Source: Alphaproteobacteria bacterium (lineage in GTDB: Bacteria; Pseudomonadota; Alphaproteobacteria; Rhizobiales; JAJFHR01). From it: 64,000 nucleotides of DNA. The notes below the pieces were generated by a model. The model was not told where the DNA came from. It ran no database searches and saw only the letters and a program-made list of their open reading frames with translations. The stretch covers positions 1,072 through 65,071 of the forward strand of contig JAJRTY010000018.1 in the NCBI GenBank assembly GCA_024278055.1. The letters are read 5' to 3'. The position numbers and the translations under genes were made by a program. This document shows positions 1 to 9,502 of the stretch, piece after piece. Position 1 is the stretch's first letter. Each line of letters begins with the position of its first letter.

Positions 1-37
1 AATAGTGCTGACATATTTTTTTCACAAGGCCTGCCAG

Positions 38-523
38 ATGCACCCAAGTAATGATTATACGGAACCTGAAACACTGGAATTACTGGAATTTGTCGAGTTG
101 TTTTTCTTTGCCTATCGCGATTTTGTCAGCGATCCCGACAGGATTTTAGAGGAATTTGGGTTTGGTCGCGCGCACCACCGCGTCATTCATTTTGTCGGGC
201 GCAATCCCAATATCCGCGTCGCCAACCTGCTGAATATTCTAAAGATTACCAAGCAGAGCCTGGGGCGCGTTCTCAAGCAGCTTGTTGATGAAGGTTACAT
301 CGAACAAAAGGCCGGCACCAAAGACCGTCGTTAACGGCGATTGCTGCTGACACCTGCCGGTCGCGAACTGGCCGAAAAACTTGCCAAACCACAGTTGGAC
401 CGCATCGCCAAAACGCTGGCCGCTGCCGAGCCGGAGGCAAAAGCATATTATCGCCGTATATTTTACGCTATGATAGATCAGGAAAATCGTTCTTACGTGG
501 AAAATCTCGTCCACAAAGGGTAA
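38..523 (+). pseudogene. MarR-family winged-helix transcriptional regulator interrupted by an in-frame TAA (332-334)
   Basis: ORFs 5..334 and 341..523 share one frame and read ...KQLVDEGYIEQKAGTKDRR*RRLLLTPAGRELAEKL... The stop lies inside the MarR wing region (D-R-R...L-T-x-x-G). ATG at 38 gives about 161 codons, a normal MarR length. The ORF is also open to the left edge of the window. Confidence 0.75.
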
Positions 524-526
524 CCC

Positions 527-1270
527 ATGCCAACAATCGTGTCGACGTCATCAGCACTTCAACCAGCAGCAAACAAGGCCCGCAAAGCCATTTGTGATGA
601 TGCATCACACATACTTGTCATCGATGATGACAATAGAATTCGCGAGTTGCTCAACACCTACCTGAGAGACAATGGATTTCGTGTCACAACCGCAAAAAAT
701 GCCGCAACGGCGCGCCAGAAAATGACTGGTCTCACCTTCGATCTGCTGGTTTTAGATGTTATGATGCCCGGTGAAAGCGGGTTCGATTTGACCAAATCCT
801 TGCGCAAGACGTCTGACATCCCGATTTTAATGTTAACTGCCCGCGCTGAAACAGACGCCCGCATTGAAGGCCTCGAACACGGTGTGGATGATTATCTGTC
901 AAAGCCGTTCGACCCGCGCGAATTGCTGCTGCGCATCTCGTCCATTCTCAAGCGACGCAAAAAAGAGTTTGTGACCGAAAGTGAAGTGCGGCTCGGCGAT
1001 TGCATTTTCCACGTTGAACGTGGCGAGTTAAAACGCAGCGGCGAAACCATCCGGCTCACCACCCGTGAACGCGACATGCTACGCGTATTTGCCGCCCACC
1101 CGGGCCAGACTGTCTCACGCATGGAACTGGCACAATCAAACCAGACCGGCGGTGCGCGGGCGGTGGATGTGCAAATAAACCGATTGCGGCAAAAACTGGA
1201 AAAAACACCGGAAACACCGGTTTATCTGCAAACCGTGCGCGGTGCCGGTTACATACTGTATTCGGATTAG
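527..1270 (+). CDS. OmpR/PhoB-family response regulator
   Basis: Receiver domain (ILVIDDD, LLVLDVMMPG, PILMLTA, SKPF) followed by a winged-helix output domain (RLTTRERDML, VDVQINRLRQKLE, TVRGAGY). Confidence 0.9.
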   Translation: MPTIVSTSSALQPAANKARKAICDDASHILVIDDDNRIRELLNTYLRDNGFRVTTAKNAATARQKMTGLTFDLLVLDVMMPGESGFDLTKSLRKTSDIPILMLTARAETDARIEGLEHGVDDYLSKPFDPRELLLRISSILKRRKKEFVTESEVRLGDCIFHVERGELKRSGETIRLTTRERDMLRVFAAHPGQTVSRMELAQSNQTGGARAVDVQINRLRQKLEKTPETPVYLQTVRGAGYILYSD

Positions 1271-1273
1271 ATC

Positions 1274-2650
1274 ATGGTCGCTATCAACAATGAGCAAGGT
1301 GAACGGGAAGAAAAACAAACGTTTTTCTGGCGGTTTAACCGTTTTCTTGAACGCCACCTGCCTGAAGGGCTATACACCCGTTCACTGATTATAATCGTTG
1401 CCCCCATGGTTTTGCTACAGTCTGTTGTCGCCTTCACATTCATGGAAAGGCACTGGCAAACCGTTACCAAACGTCTGTCAGAAGCGGTAAGCCAGGACAT
1501 CGCCATGCTGATAGAGGTTTATGAAACCTACCCGTTCGAGGACGATTATGCGCGATTGATTAAAATGGCCAATGATCGCCTCGAATTGAGCCTGACAATC
1601 ACGCCCAACGGAGAACTGCCACCGGCAAAGCCCAAACCGTTCTTTTCTCTGCTCGATAAAACCTTGAGTAAATATCTCGCCCGCGAAATCGAAAAACCAT
1701 TTTGGATTGATACTGTCGGGCGCTCAAACTATGTGGATATTCGTGTTAAAGTGGACGATGCGATTTTCCAGATAATCGCCCGACGCAGCCAGACATACGC
1801 CTCAAACTCGGAGATATTTATATTCTGGATGGTCGGCACCTCGCTGGTTTTGCTGACCGTGGCGATTATGTTTTTACGCAACCAGATACGCCCGATCCAG
1901 CAACTTGCCGAAGCTGCCAGAAACTTTGGCATGGGCCGCGATGTACCGGACTTTCAACCACGAGGGGCACGTGAGGTGCGCGAAGCCTCGCAATCCTTCA
2001 TCAACATGCGTGAACGCATTGAACGACACGTCGAACAGCGCACCGCCATGCTCGCCGGGGTCAGCCATGATTTACGCACCATCCTCACCCGTTTCAGGTT
2101 GCAACTGGCGGTTTTTGGCGACAATGAGCAGGCTGCCGCTTTGGAGAATGATGTTAACGAAATGCAGCACATGCTGGAAGATTATCTGGCATTTGCCCGC
2201 GGGGATGCCGGTGAAATTGCCCAGGTTAGCGATGTCAGAAAAATACTCGAAGATATTCGCCAGGACGCAACCCACACCACCGACAACATAACCCTGCTGA
2301 TTGACGGTCCGTTGCAGGCATCCCTCAAGCCCAACGCCTTCAAACGCCTGGTTTCAAATATTGTAAACAATGCCTGCAAATATGCTGAAAATATTACTTT
2401 GACCGGATCAAGATCGGATGGCCTGCTCCTTATTTCCGTGGATGACGATGGCCCCGGCATTCCGCCCGACATGTGGGAAGATGTTTTTCGCCCCTTCTTC
2501 AGACTGGATGACGCCCGAAACCTCGACAAACCCGGCACAGGCCTCGGCCTTGCCATCGCCCTCGACATCGCGCGTAGTCACGGCGGCAACATAAAACTGA
2601 AATCCAGCCGGATGGGCGGTCTGCAGGCAACGATTATAATCCCGGTTTAA
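1274..2650 (+). CDS. EnvZ-like sensor histidine kinase
   Basis: Two hydrophobic segments. H-box GVSHDLRTILTRF, N-box NIVNNACKYA, G-boxes DDDGPGIP and GTGLGLAIALDIARSHGG. Starts 3 nt after the response-regulator stop. Confidence 0.9.
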   Translation: MVAINNEQGEREEKQTFFWRFNRFLERHLPEGLYTRSLIIIVAPMVLLQSVVAFTFMERHWQTVTKRLSEAVSQDIAMLIEVYETYPFEDDYARLIKMANDRLELSLTITPNGELPPAKPKPFFSLLDKTLSKYLAREIEKPFWIDTVGRSNYVDIRVKVDDAIFQIIARRSQTYASNSEIFIFWMVGTSLVLLTVAIMFLRNQIRPIQQLAEAARNFGMGRDVPDFQPRGAREVREASQSFINMRERIERHVEQRTAMLAGVSHDLRTILTRFRLQLAVFGDNEQAAALENDVNEMQHMLEDYLAFARGDAGEIAQVSDVRKILEDIRQDATHTTDNITLLIDGPLQASLKPNAFKRLVSNIVNNACKYAENITLTGSRSDGLLLISVDDDGPGIPPDMWEDVFRPFFRLDDARNLDKPGTGLGLAIALDIARSHGGNIKLKSSRMGGLQATIIIPV

Positions 2651-2746
2651 AGTTTTCTGATGCGATGAACAGGTGCAGCCCCTGTTCAGACTTCTCAATC
2701 CTTCAAGGTTCGATGGCCGATGGCCGATTGAGCATTTCAGCAAACC

Positions 2747-3094
2747 TCAAAACAATCGACCACCGTTGGGAACAGGCTTGCTTGGTTCAAGCAGGACCAC
2801 CTCACCATCTTCATCGGGCATGCCCACCGTCAGCACCTCGGACATCATCGGGCCAATCTGACGCGGCGGGAAATTGACCACAGCCGCCACCTGTTTGTTA
2901 AGCAGGTCCTCTACACTGTAATGCACCGTAATCTGGGCTGAGCTTTTCTTGATCCCAATGTCAGGGCCAAAATCTATCTTGAGCTTATACGCAGGTTTTC
3001 GTGCCTCGGGAAACGGCAGAACTTCAACGATTGTACCAACGCGAATATCAACTTTCAAAAAATCATCAAATGTAATCTGCTCTTCAACCACCAT
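2747..3094 (-). CDS. csaA: CsaA-like tRNA-binding domain protein
   Basis: MVVEEQITFDDFLKVDIRVGTIVEV...KPAYKLKIDFG...SSAQIT...VAAVVNFPPRQIG is the typical CsaA/tRNA-binding OB-fold pattern. I chose the ATG at 3094 because the longer ORF to 3208 would overlap the upstream gene. Confidence 0.8.
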   Translation of the reverse strand: MVVEEQITFDDFLKVDIRVGTIVEVLPFPEARKPAYKLKIDFGPDIGIKKSSAQITVHYSVEDLLNKQVAAVVNFPPRQIGPMMSEVLTVGMPDEDGEVVLLEPSKPVPNGGRLF

Positions 3095-3104
3095 ATGGTC
3101 ATTC

Positions 3105-3782
3105 CTATGCCTGGGGCACAGGTTCCTCGTCTGAATTTTTATTGGCGCGCTTCGAACACGTGGACATAAAGGCTTTGGCAAAACCGGCGGCCACGCCCAG
3201 TGCGCCAATGGGTCCGCGCAATGTTTTCAGCCAGTCCTCACCGCGCCGCAATTGTTTATCAAGTTCGGCCATGGTTTTGGCCAGGCCGGCATCATCATCC
3301 TTAAGCCAGACATCAAGCGTCTTGCCAATCACCAGCGCCAGCCCCCGTGTGCGTATAAAGGCCGCTGACCCTTGAGTTTCCAGCCCCGCAGCAACAAGCA
3401 TCCACCTTGCCGAACATATGATTGATCCCGACAATTCCAGCGCCATGCCGGGATGGCGTGCTAGCTGCGGAATAATATTTTTCAAAGCAGGCTTATAAGG
3501 TTCCATCGCTTCAAGCCGCAACATGACGATATCAAACAATCTGTCGCGAGGCTCCTCCTCACCCACATCTTCAGCTGCCTGCTCCAGAACAGCCTGGTCA
3601 ATCTGGGCCATAAAGGCTTTGAGTATGGCGGACTTGCCGGAAAATTCTGCGCGCACCTGCGCCAGAGACACCTTGGCAGCCCGGGCAATTTCCACAATTG
3701 AAATCTCGGGCCACTCCCTACTTTCAGCCAGTTTTAGTGCCGCATCAATAATTTTCTGTCGGGGGGTGCGTCGCGGGGCCAT
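3105..3782 (-). CDS. TetR/AcrR-family transcriptional regulator
   Basis: N-terminal HTH: IIDAALKLAESREWPEISIVEIARAAKVSLAQVRAEF. Start taken at MAPRRTPRQK (3782). Confidence 0.8.
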   Translation of the reverse strand: MAPRRTPRQKIIDAALKLAESREWPEISIVEIARAAKVSLAQVRAEFSGKSAILKAFMAQIDQAVLEQAAEDVGEEEPRDRLFDIVMLRLEAMEPYKPALKNIIPQLARHPGMALELSGSIICSARWMLVAAGLETQGSAAFIRTRGLALVIGKTLDVWLKDDDAGLAKTMAELDKQLRRGEDWLKTLRGPIGALGVAAGFAKAFMSTCSKRANKNSDEEPVPQA

Positions 3783-3834
3783 AATAATCCTCACTGTGGA
3801 AACAAACACTGGGACTAAAGTGGACCCTGTTGCA

Positions 3835-4662
3835 TTATTTTGCAAGCTCGCGCGATCTGTTTGCGGCAGCCGCAACGGCTCTGGTCATAAGTTCGGCCAT
3901 ATCACCACTGTCGCGCAATACCTCCAGCGCCGCTGCTGTTGTGCCGTTTGGCGAGGTGACATTTTCGCGCAATTTTCCCGGATCAAGCGGTGATTGATGC
4001 ATGAGTTCACCCGCACCACTCACTGTTGCCCGGGCCAGCTTAAGCGCCACATCATGGGGCAACCCGGCACTAACCCCTGCCTGAGCCAGGCATTCAGCCA
4101 GGTAAAATACATAGGCCGGGCCACTTCCCGACACCCCTGTTGCCACATCGATCAGACCTTCATCTTCAACCCACACCACCTCGCCAATAGCGTGCAGCAG
4201 GGTATCACATTGTCGTTTTTGTGCAGAGGTTACATGGGAATTTGCAAAAGCTGCGGTAATGCCACGGCCAACCGCTGCCGGTGTATTGGGAATGGTGCGC
4301 ACAATACTGCAGCCGTCCCCCAGCCCGGTTTCAAAATATCCGGTGGTTTTACCGGCAGCAACAGACAAAAATACTGTGGATGGGCGCACATATGGCCGAA
4401 CACCAGGCAGGACCACATCCATAATCTGCGGTTTAACACTCAAAACCACAACGGAAAAATCAGCCGCGCTCTGGTTACCTGCCATCTCCACACAACTCAC
4501 ACTGTGTGATTTCATCAAATCAATAATATGATCCGGGGGCGCTGGATCCTGAACCACAATTCTGTCCGGTTCCATGCCGCTGGCAAGCCAGCCACGCAAC
4601 AAAGCTCCGCCCAGGTTACCGGCACCAACCAGCAGCAGTTTTCCATCGAAACCAAAGTCCAT
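3835..4662 (-). CDS. proC: pyrroline-5-carboxylate reductase
   Basis: Rossmann motif LLLVGAGNLGGALLRGW, a C-terminal NVTSPNGTTAAAL motif, and 275 aa length. Confidence 0.9.
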   Translation of the reverse strand: MDFGFDGKLLLVGAGNLGGALLRGWLASGMEPDRIVVQDPAPPDHIIDLMKSHSVSCVEMAGNQSAADFSVVVLSVKPQIMDVVLPGVRPYVRPSTVFLSVAAGKTTGYFETGLGDGCSIVRTIPNTPAAVGRGITAAFANSHVTSAQKRQCDTLLHAIGEVVWVEDEGLIDVATGVSGSGPAYVFYLAECLAQAGVSAGLPHDVALKLARATVSGAGELMHQSPLDPGKLRENVTSPNGTTAAALEVLRDSGDMAELMTRAVAAAANRSRELAK

Positions 4663-5163
4663 TTAAGCTGACCCTTTTGTCTCCAGCAGTGCTGCTGTCA
4701 GGGCTTCATCGGCGGTTTTTCCAGCCCAGATGACATATTGAAAGGCCGGGAAAAAGCGTTCACATGCTTCCAGTGCCATCGATAACATGGCCTCGCACTG
4801 GGCTGTGTTGGCAACGGCACCGCCACACAGCAGCAAACCATGGCGGTAAAGCAGCCCGCCATCTTCCGCCCATACATCAAAGTGCCCCTGCCATAATTGC
4901 GCGTTAACCCGGGTGACAAGCTGACACACTTCATTGCGCCGGTTTGGCGGTATTTTAAAATCAAAGGCGCACGCAAGGTGCAAATCCTCAAAATCATCGC
5001 GCCAGTTGAAAGACAACGTATAATCCGACCAGCTGCCAGCGATGCTCAGGGTAATTTCATCGTCGCCGATGCGGTCAAAAGACCAGTCCTGTGATGCAGC
5101 AAGCTGCTCCACCAGTTCGACCGGATTGCTATCGCTTTCACAAAAATAATGCGATGACGCCAT
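4663..5163 (-). CDS. YbjN-domain protein
   Basis: 166-aa acidic cytoplasmic protein immediately upstream of and abutting proC, as in many alphaproteobacteria. The family assignment is from memory of that gene context and the sequence pattern. Confidence 0.5.
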   Translation of the reverse strand: MASSHYFCESDSNPVELVEQLAASQDWSFDRIGDDEITLSIAGSWSDYTLSFNWRDDFEDLHLACAFDFKIPPNRRNEVCQLVTRVNAQLWQGHFDVWAEDGGLLYRHGLLLCGGAVANTAQCEAMLSMALEACERFFPAFQYVIWAGKTADEALTAALLETKGSA

Positions 5164-5285
5164 GAATAAATACTCCGCTGGCAGAATTCCAATTTAATTC
5201 AAGGTGCCTAAAGGACACTTGAATCGCAAGACATGATCAACGCTGCAAAAACAAATGGCTGGGGAAAAACGGTGGAAGAAATGTT

Positions 5286-5621
5286 TTACTTTTGCCTGGC
5301 CGCTTTGGGTTTTGCTGTTTTGCGAGCGGGTGCCTTGGCTTTTTTGGCTGACGCTTTTGTCTTGGGCGCTAATTTGGCCAGGGCGCTTTCCAACTCCGCA
5401 ATACGTTTTTCCAGCGCCTCATTTTCCATGCGTGCCTTAATCGCCATTTCGCGAAAAGCATCAAACTCTTCGCGGGACACCACATCAATCTCGCGCAATA
5501 CACGTTCGGCCTGGGTCTTGAACAATGTATCAACCTCCTGCCGCACACCTTGAGCCGCACCAGCGGCATTGGTCATCAGCTTGGCAAACTCGTCAAAAAA
5601 CCGGCTGCTGGTCTGGGACAT
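5286..5621 (-). CDS. ubiK: UbiK/YqiC-family accessory factor (coiled-coil)
   Basis: MSQTSSRFFDEFAKLMTNAAGAAQGVRQE...VVSREEFDAFREMAIKARMENEALEKRI matches the UbiK-family pattern. It has a lysine/alanine-rich tail. Start taken at 5621. Confidence 0.6.
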   Translation of the reverse strand: MSQTSSRFFDEFAKLMTNAAGAAQGVRQEVDTLFKTQAERVLREIDVVSREEFDAFREMAIKARMENEALEKRIAELESALAKLAPKTKASAKKAKAPARKTAKPKAARQK

Positions 5622-5834
5622 AATCATTACAACTTTCATAGAGGCACAAAAGGGCGGTCGGGCAATTGTTTTCCGCAACCGGACACAACCCTACTATGGC
5701 AATTTAATCACAAGGTTTCAATTCATTCACGCTTAAGAATAATTGGAATTTGGGTAAAATTATTGCATAATCCCTGTCTTGAGCGTAGTTGATAAACTGA
5801 ATTTTTAATTTTACCGACAAAAAGGAGCGCAGGG

Positions 5835-6695
5835 GTGCCGGAAACTTTGCCAAAACCACAAAGCATTCTGGGCAATACCGGCCCGCAGGACGTCAGGCGC
5901 ACACCGTTTGCGCACATGGTAATTGAACAACCGTTTGACAGCAGCCTCTATCAACGGCTTGAGGATGAATTTCCCCTTCCAGAACGTTTCGTCAACGGCC
6001 TGCCTGAAATTGCCAGCAATCAGGCGATCCGCATACGTGCTCTTGATATCATCGATAATCCGGAGTTTTCCGACAATTGGCGGTCGTTTTTCCGCTATCA
6101 TACCTCACAGGATTTCTGGCGCGACATCCTCACCACCATCGGCGACGATATCAGAGAGGCCCATCCCCAACTCGAAGACCGCGTTGGTGTGAAGTTCGAA
6201 GACTGGAAAGTAAAGGTGCGCGGCGCACCCGGTGAGGCTCACCTTGAACTGGATGCACTATTTGTGGTCAACACACCGGTACAGCGCATAAGCTCGGTGC
6301 GACCGGCCCATGTGGACAGCGAGAATGAGATTTTTGCCGGGCTTTTTTATATGAAACCGGAAAGTGATACGACACCGGGCGGCGATCTTGCGCTTTATAG
6401 TTTCAAGGACGGTAAAAACGCCTTTGGCGGGCATTACGCCGATCTCGAGGATGTAACCGAGGAATGTGTCGTGCCCTACGGCAAAAACCGGTTTATTGCC
6501 TTTGTAAATTCAGCTCAGAGCATTCATGGTGTCACGCCGCGCCCGGTAACTGAAAATTTCCGCCGCTACATCAACTTTGTCGCCATAACGCCCTTCGATG
6601 CCTTTAAAATACCCAAGCTCTCTCTCATTAACCAGGCGAAATTCTGGCTGGATCGCCGCAAAACAAAATCCCGGGGCATTAATCTGGAGATGTAA
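5835..6695 (+). CDS. hypothetical protein, possible 2OG-Fe(II) oxygenase fold
   Basis: Candidate facial triad: H-x-D (PAHVDSE), a distal His (SIHGV) and a downstream Arg (RRYINF), with spacing compatible with the double-stranded beta-helix fold. The GTG at 5835 follows AGGAG. An alternative ATG lies at about 5916. Confidence 0.4.
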   Translation: MPETLPKPQSILGNTGPQDVRRTPFAHMVIEQPFDSSLYQRLEDEFPLPERFVNGLPEIASNQAIRIRALDIIDNPEFSDNWRSFFRYHTSQDFWRDILTTIGDDIREAHPQLEDRVGVKFEDWKVKVRGAPGEAHLELDALFVVNTPVQRISSVRPAHVDSENEIFAGLFYMKPESDTTPGGDLALYSFKDGKNAFGGHYADLEDVTEECVVPYGKNRFIAFVNSAQSIHGVTPRPVTENFRRYINFVAITPFDAFKIPKLSLINQAKFWLDRRKTKSRGINLEM

Positions 6696-6806
6696 AACAT
6701 CGCCACACTCACGCCTTTTTCCGACGAATATTTAACTGTTCTGCAGCTGGCAAATCATTGCCGACTGGATTACTGATCTTGTTCTTCACTCTAACAAAGG
6801 GCTGAT

Positions 6807-7616
6807 ATGTTATTATCCACAATTCCCTTTCCCGCCATTGACCCGGTCCTCATCCAGCTTGGCCCCCTTTCCATTCGCTGGTATTCGCTGGCCTATATCG
6901 CCGGATTCCTGCTCGGCTGGATGTATATCAAACGCTTGTTGCTGCGCCAAAACCTGTGGTCACCAAAAGCCCCGATGACGGTTGAGCAATCCGATGATTT
7001 CCTGCTGTGGACAGCGGTTGGCGTCATTCTTGGCGGCAGAATTGGCTATTCGCTGTTCTACAATTTTTCCTATTATGCTGAAAACCCGTTGGACATCCTG
7101 AAAGTCTGGGAAGGCGGCATGTCGTTTCACGGCGGATTACTGGGCGTGATAATTGCCATTTACATATATTGCCGGCGTAACAAGCTGAATTATTTAAGCG
7201 TCATGGACCTGGTCGCAGCCGCCGTCCCCATCGGCCTGTTTTTCGGTCGCATCGCAAATTTCATCAATGGCGAACTGTTTGGTCGCGTGACAGACGTTCC
7301 CTGGGCGGTCATATTTCCCCGTGGCGGACCCGACCCGCGTCACGCCAGCCAGATTTATGAAGCCCTGCTGGAAGGCCTGTTGATGTTTTTCGTACTCAGA
7401 TTACTGATACAAAAATTCAAGATACTGCATCACCCCGGCATGGCCTCAGGCGTCTTTCTCGCCGGTTATGGACTGTCGCGCATTTTTGTTGAGTTTTTCC
7501 GCATGCCCGATGCCCAGCTTGGCTATTTCTTCGGCTTCATCACCATGGGCATGATCCTGTCTGTGCCTATGGTCCTGTTCGGCCTTGGCGTGGTCTGGTA
7601 TACTAAAAAGAGTTGA
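6807..7616 (+). CDS. lgt: prolipoprotein diacylglyceryl transferase
   Basis: IRWYSLAYIAGFLLGW, GGMSFHGGLLG and FGRIANFINGELFG motifs in a multi-pass membrane profile. Confidence 0.9.
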   Translation: MLLSTIPFPAIDPVLIQLGPLSIRWYSLAYIAGFLLGWMYIKRLLLRQNLWSPKAPMTVEQSDDFLLWTAVGVILGGRIGYSLFYNFSYYAENPLDILKVWEGGMSFHGGLLGVIIAIYIYCRRNKLNYLSVMDLVAAAVPIGLFFGRIANFINGELFGRVTDVPWAVIFPRGGPDPRHASQIYEALLEGLLMFFVLRLLIQKFKILHHPGMASGVFLAGYGLSRIFVEFFRMPDAQLGYFFGFITMGMILSVPMVLFGLGVVWYTKKS

Positions 7617-7620
7617 CCCC

Positions 7621-8700
7621 ATGTCCTTGTCGCAAAGGATTTCCCAACGCATATTGAATGATGGCCCGATCTCACTGGCGGAATTTATGGGAGCTGCCCT
7701 GGGCGATCCCGAATTTGGCTATTACATGGTGCAGGAGCCTTTCGGTGCTGGCGGCGATTTTACCACGGCCCCGGAAATCAGCCAGGTTTTTGGCGAACTC
7801 ATCGGCCTGTGGTGTGCAGCCTTATGGCTGCAAATTGGCAGCCCTTCACACCTGCATCTGGCAGAGCTTGGCCCCGGTCGCGGCACCTTGATGGCTGACG
7901 CCTTGCGCGCAGCAAAATCCGTCCCCGGCTTTGCCCGGGCCATACAGATCCATCTGGTTGAGATGAGCCCTAAATTGCAATTGGTTCAGCAAAAAACGCT
8001 TGAGAATAGCGGCCACAACATCAAATGGCACCGGCACATTGAAGACGTGCCACAAGGTGTCACAATTGTCATAGCCAACGAATTTTTCGACGCCCTGCCA
8101 ATCCGGCAGTTCATACAGACCAAAGCTGGATGGTGCGAACGACTGGTCGCACTCAATTCAAACGGTCAATTTGAATTTGCGGTTTCGCCCACCGCTACCG
8201 AAGAAACAGGAATATCTGCCCCCCTGAAAGACGCACCACTCAACAGTCTTGTCGAAGTCTGCCAACCGGCTCGAGCGATCACCAAAACCTTGAGCAAGCG
8301 CATCCGAAAATGCGGCGGGGTGGCATTGATTATCGATTACGGCTAGCTCAACCCGGCAGTTGGCGAAACATTGCAGGCGGTGTCAAACCACAAGTTTGCT
8401 GATGTTCTGCAAAGCCCCGGCGAACAGGACCTCACCGCCCATGTCAGTTTTTCCGATCTCGCCAATTGCGCCACACAGGCGGGGGCAAAGGTTTTCGCCC
8501 CCCTGACACAGGCGCAGTTTTTATATGGCATGGGATTACAGGAACGCGTTGCCAGACTAACTAATGCTACCACTCCAACTCAAACCCGTGATATCAAAAC
8601 AGCAGCAGCCCGCCTGACAGCGGCTGACCAGATGGGCGAGTTGTTCAAGGTCATGGTCATCGCTGCCCAGAACACAGCGCCACCCGCCCCGTTTACCTGA
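7621..8700 (+). pseudogene. MidA/NDUFAF7-like (DUF185) SAM-dependent methyltransferase interrupted by an in-frame TAG (8344-8346)
   Basis: ORFs 7585..8346 and 8371..8700 share one frame and read ...GGVALIIDYG*LNPAVGETLQAVSNHKFADVLQSPGEQDLTAHVSFSDL... Both halves belong to one DUF185-type protein (N-terminal FGAGGDFTTAPEISQVFGEL). The joined length is about 359 codons. Confidence 0.75.
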
Positions 8701-8721
8701 TTTGGAGTTTTGTGACTTAAA

Positions 8722-9486
8722 ATGGTTGAAGCTCAAGCACTCTCTCAAATACCGGACATTCGCCACGGATTTTTCGATCGTAGCGGCGGCACTTCCCACG
8801 GCCTTTATTCCTCACTCAATTGTGGTCTTGGTTAGGGAGATGACAAAGACATTGTTTTGAACAATCGCGCCACTGTCGCTGCCCATCTCAAACTGGCACC
8901 GCCGCAATTAATCACCACCTACCAACACCATTCGGCTGACGTGATCACAGTGACGAGCCCGTGGAGTATAGCGGATGCTCCCATGGCTGACGGCATGGTC
9001 ACCAATATCAGCAATATCGGTTTGGGGCTTTTAACCGCTGATTGCGCCCCGGTATTGTTTGCGGACACAAAGTCCCGTGTCATTGGGGCTGCTCACGCCG
9101 GCTGGCGCGGCGCTGTTGCAGGCGTCACCGACAATATTATCACCGCCATGGAAAATCTCGGGAGCCGGCGCTCGGAAATCATAGCCGTGATCGGCCCGAC
9201 CATTTCTCAAGGCGCCTATGAAGTCGGTCCTGAATTTATCGAAAACTTTCTTGAGCAAGACCCGGCCCACCGGCAATTTTTCACAGCCAGCATGCGCGAA
9301 AAACACTTCATGTTTGATCTGCCGGGATATTTAACCCATCGCCTTGAGCGCGCAAATATCTCTGCGGTGAATTGGGTTGGACACTGCACCTACGCTCACG
9401 AGGATCAATTCTTCAGCTACCGCCGCGCCACCCACAGAAACGAGGATGATTACGGTCGCCAGATTTCCGTTATCACTTTGAGTTAA
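8722..9486 (+). pseudogene. pgeF: PgeF/YfiH-family purine nucleoside phosphorylase (laccase-domain protein) interrupted by an in-frame TAG (8833-8835)
   Basis: ATG 8722 reads MVEAQALSQIPDIRHGFFDRSGGTSHGLYSSLNCGLG*GDDKDIVLNNRATVAAHL. It continues in the same frame into ORF 8857..9486 (LTADCAPVLF, GAAHAGWRG, CTYAHEDQFFSYRR). Confidence 0.75.
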
Positions 9487-9502
9487 AAACAGGAAACCTA
9501 AA

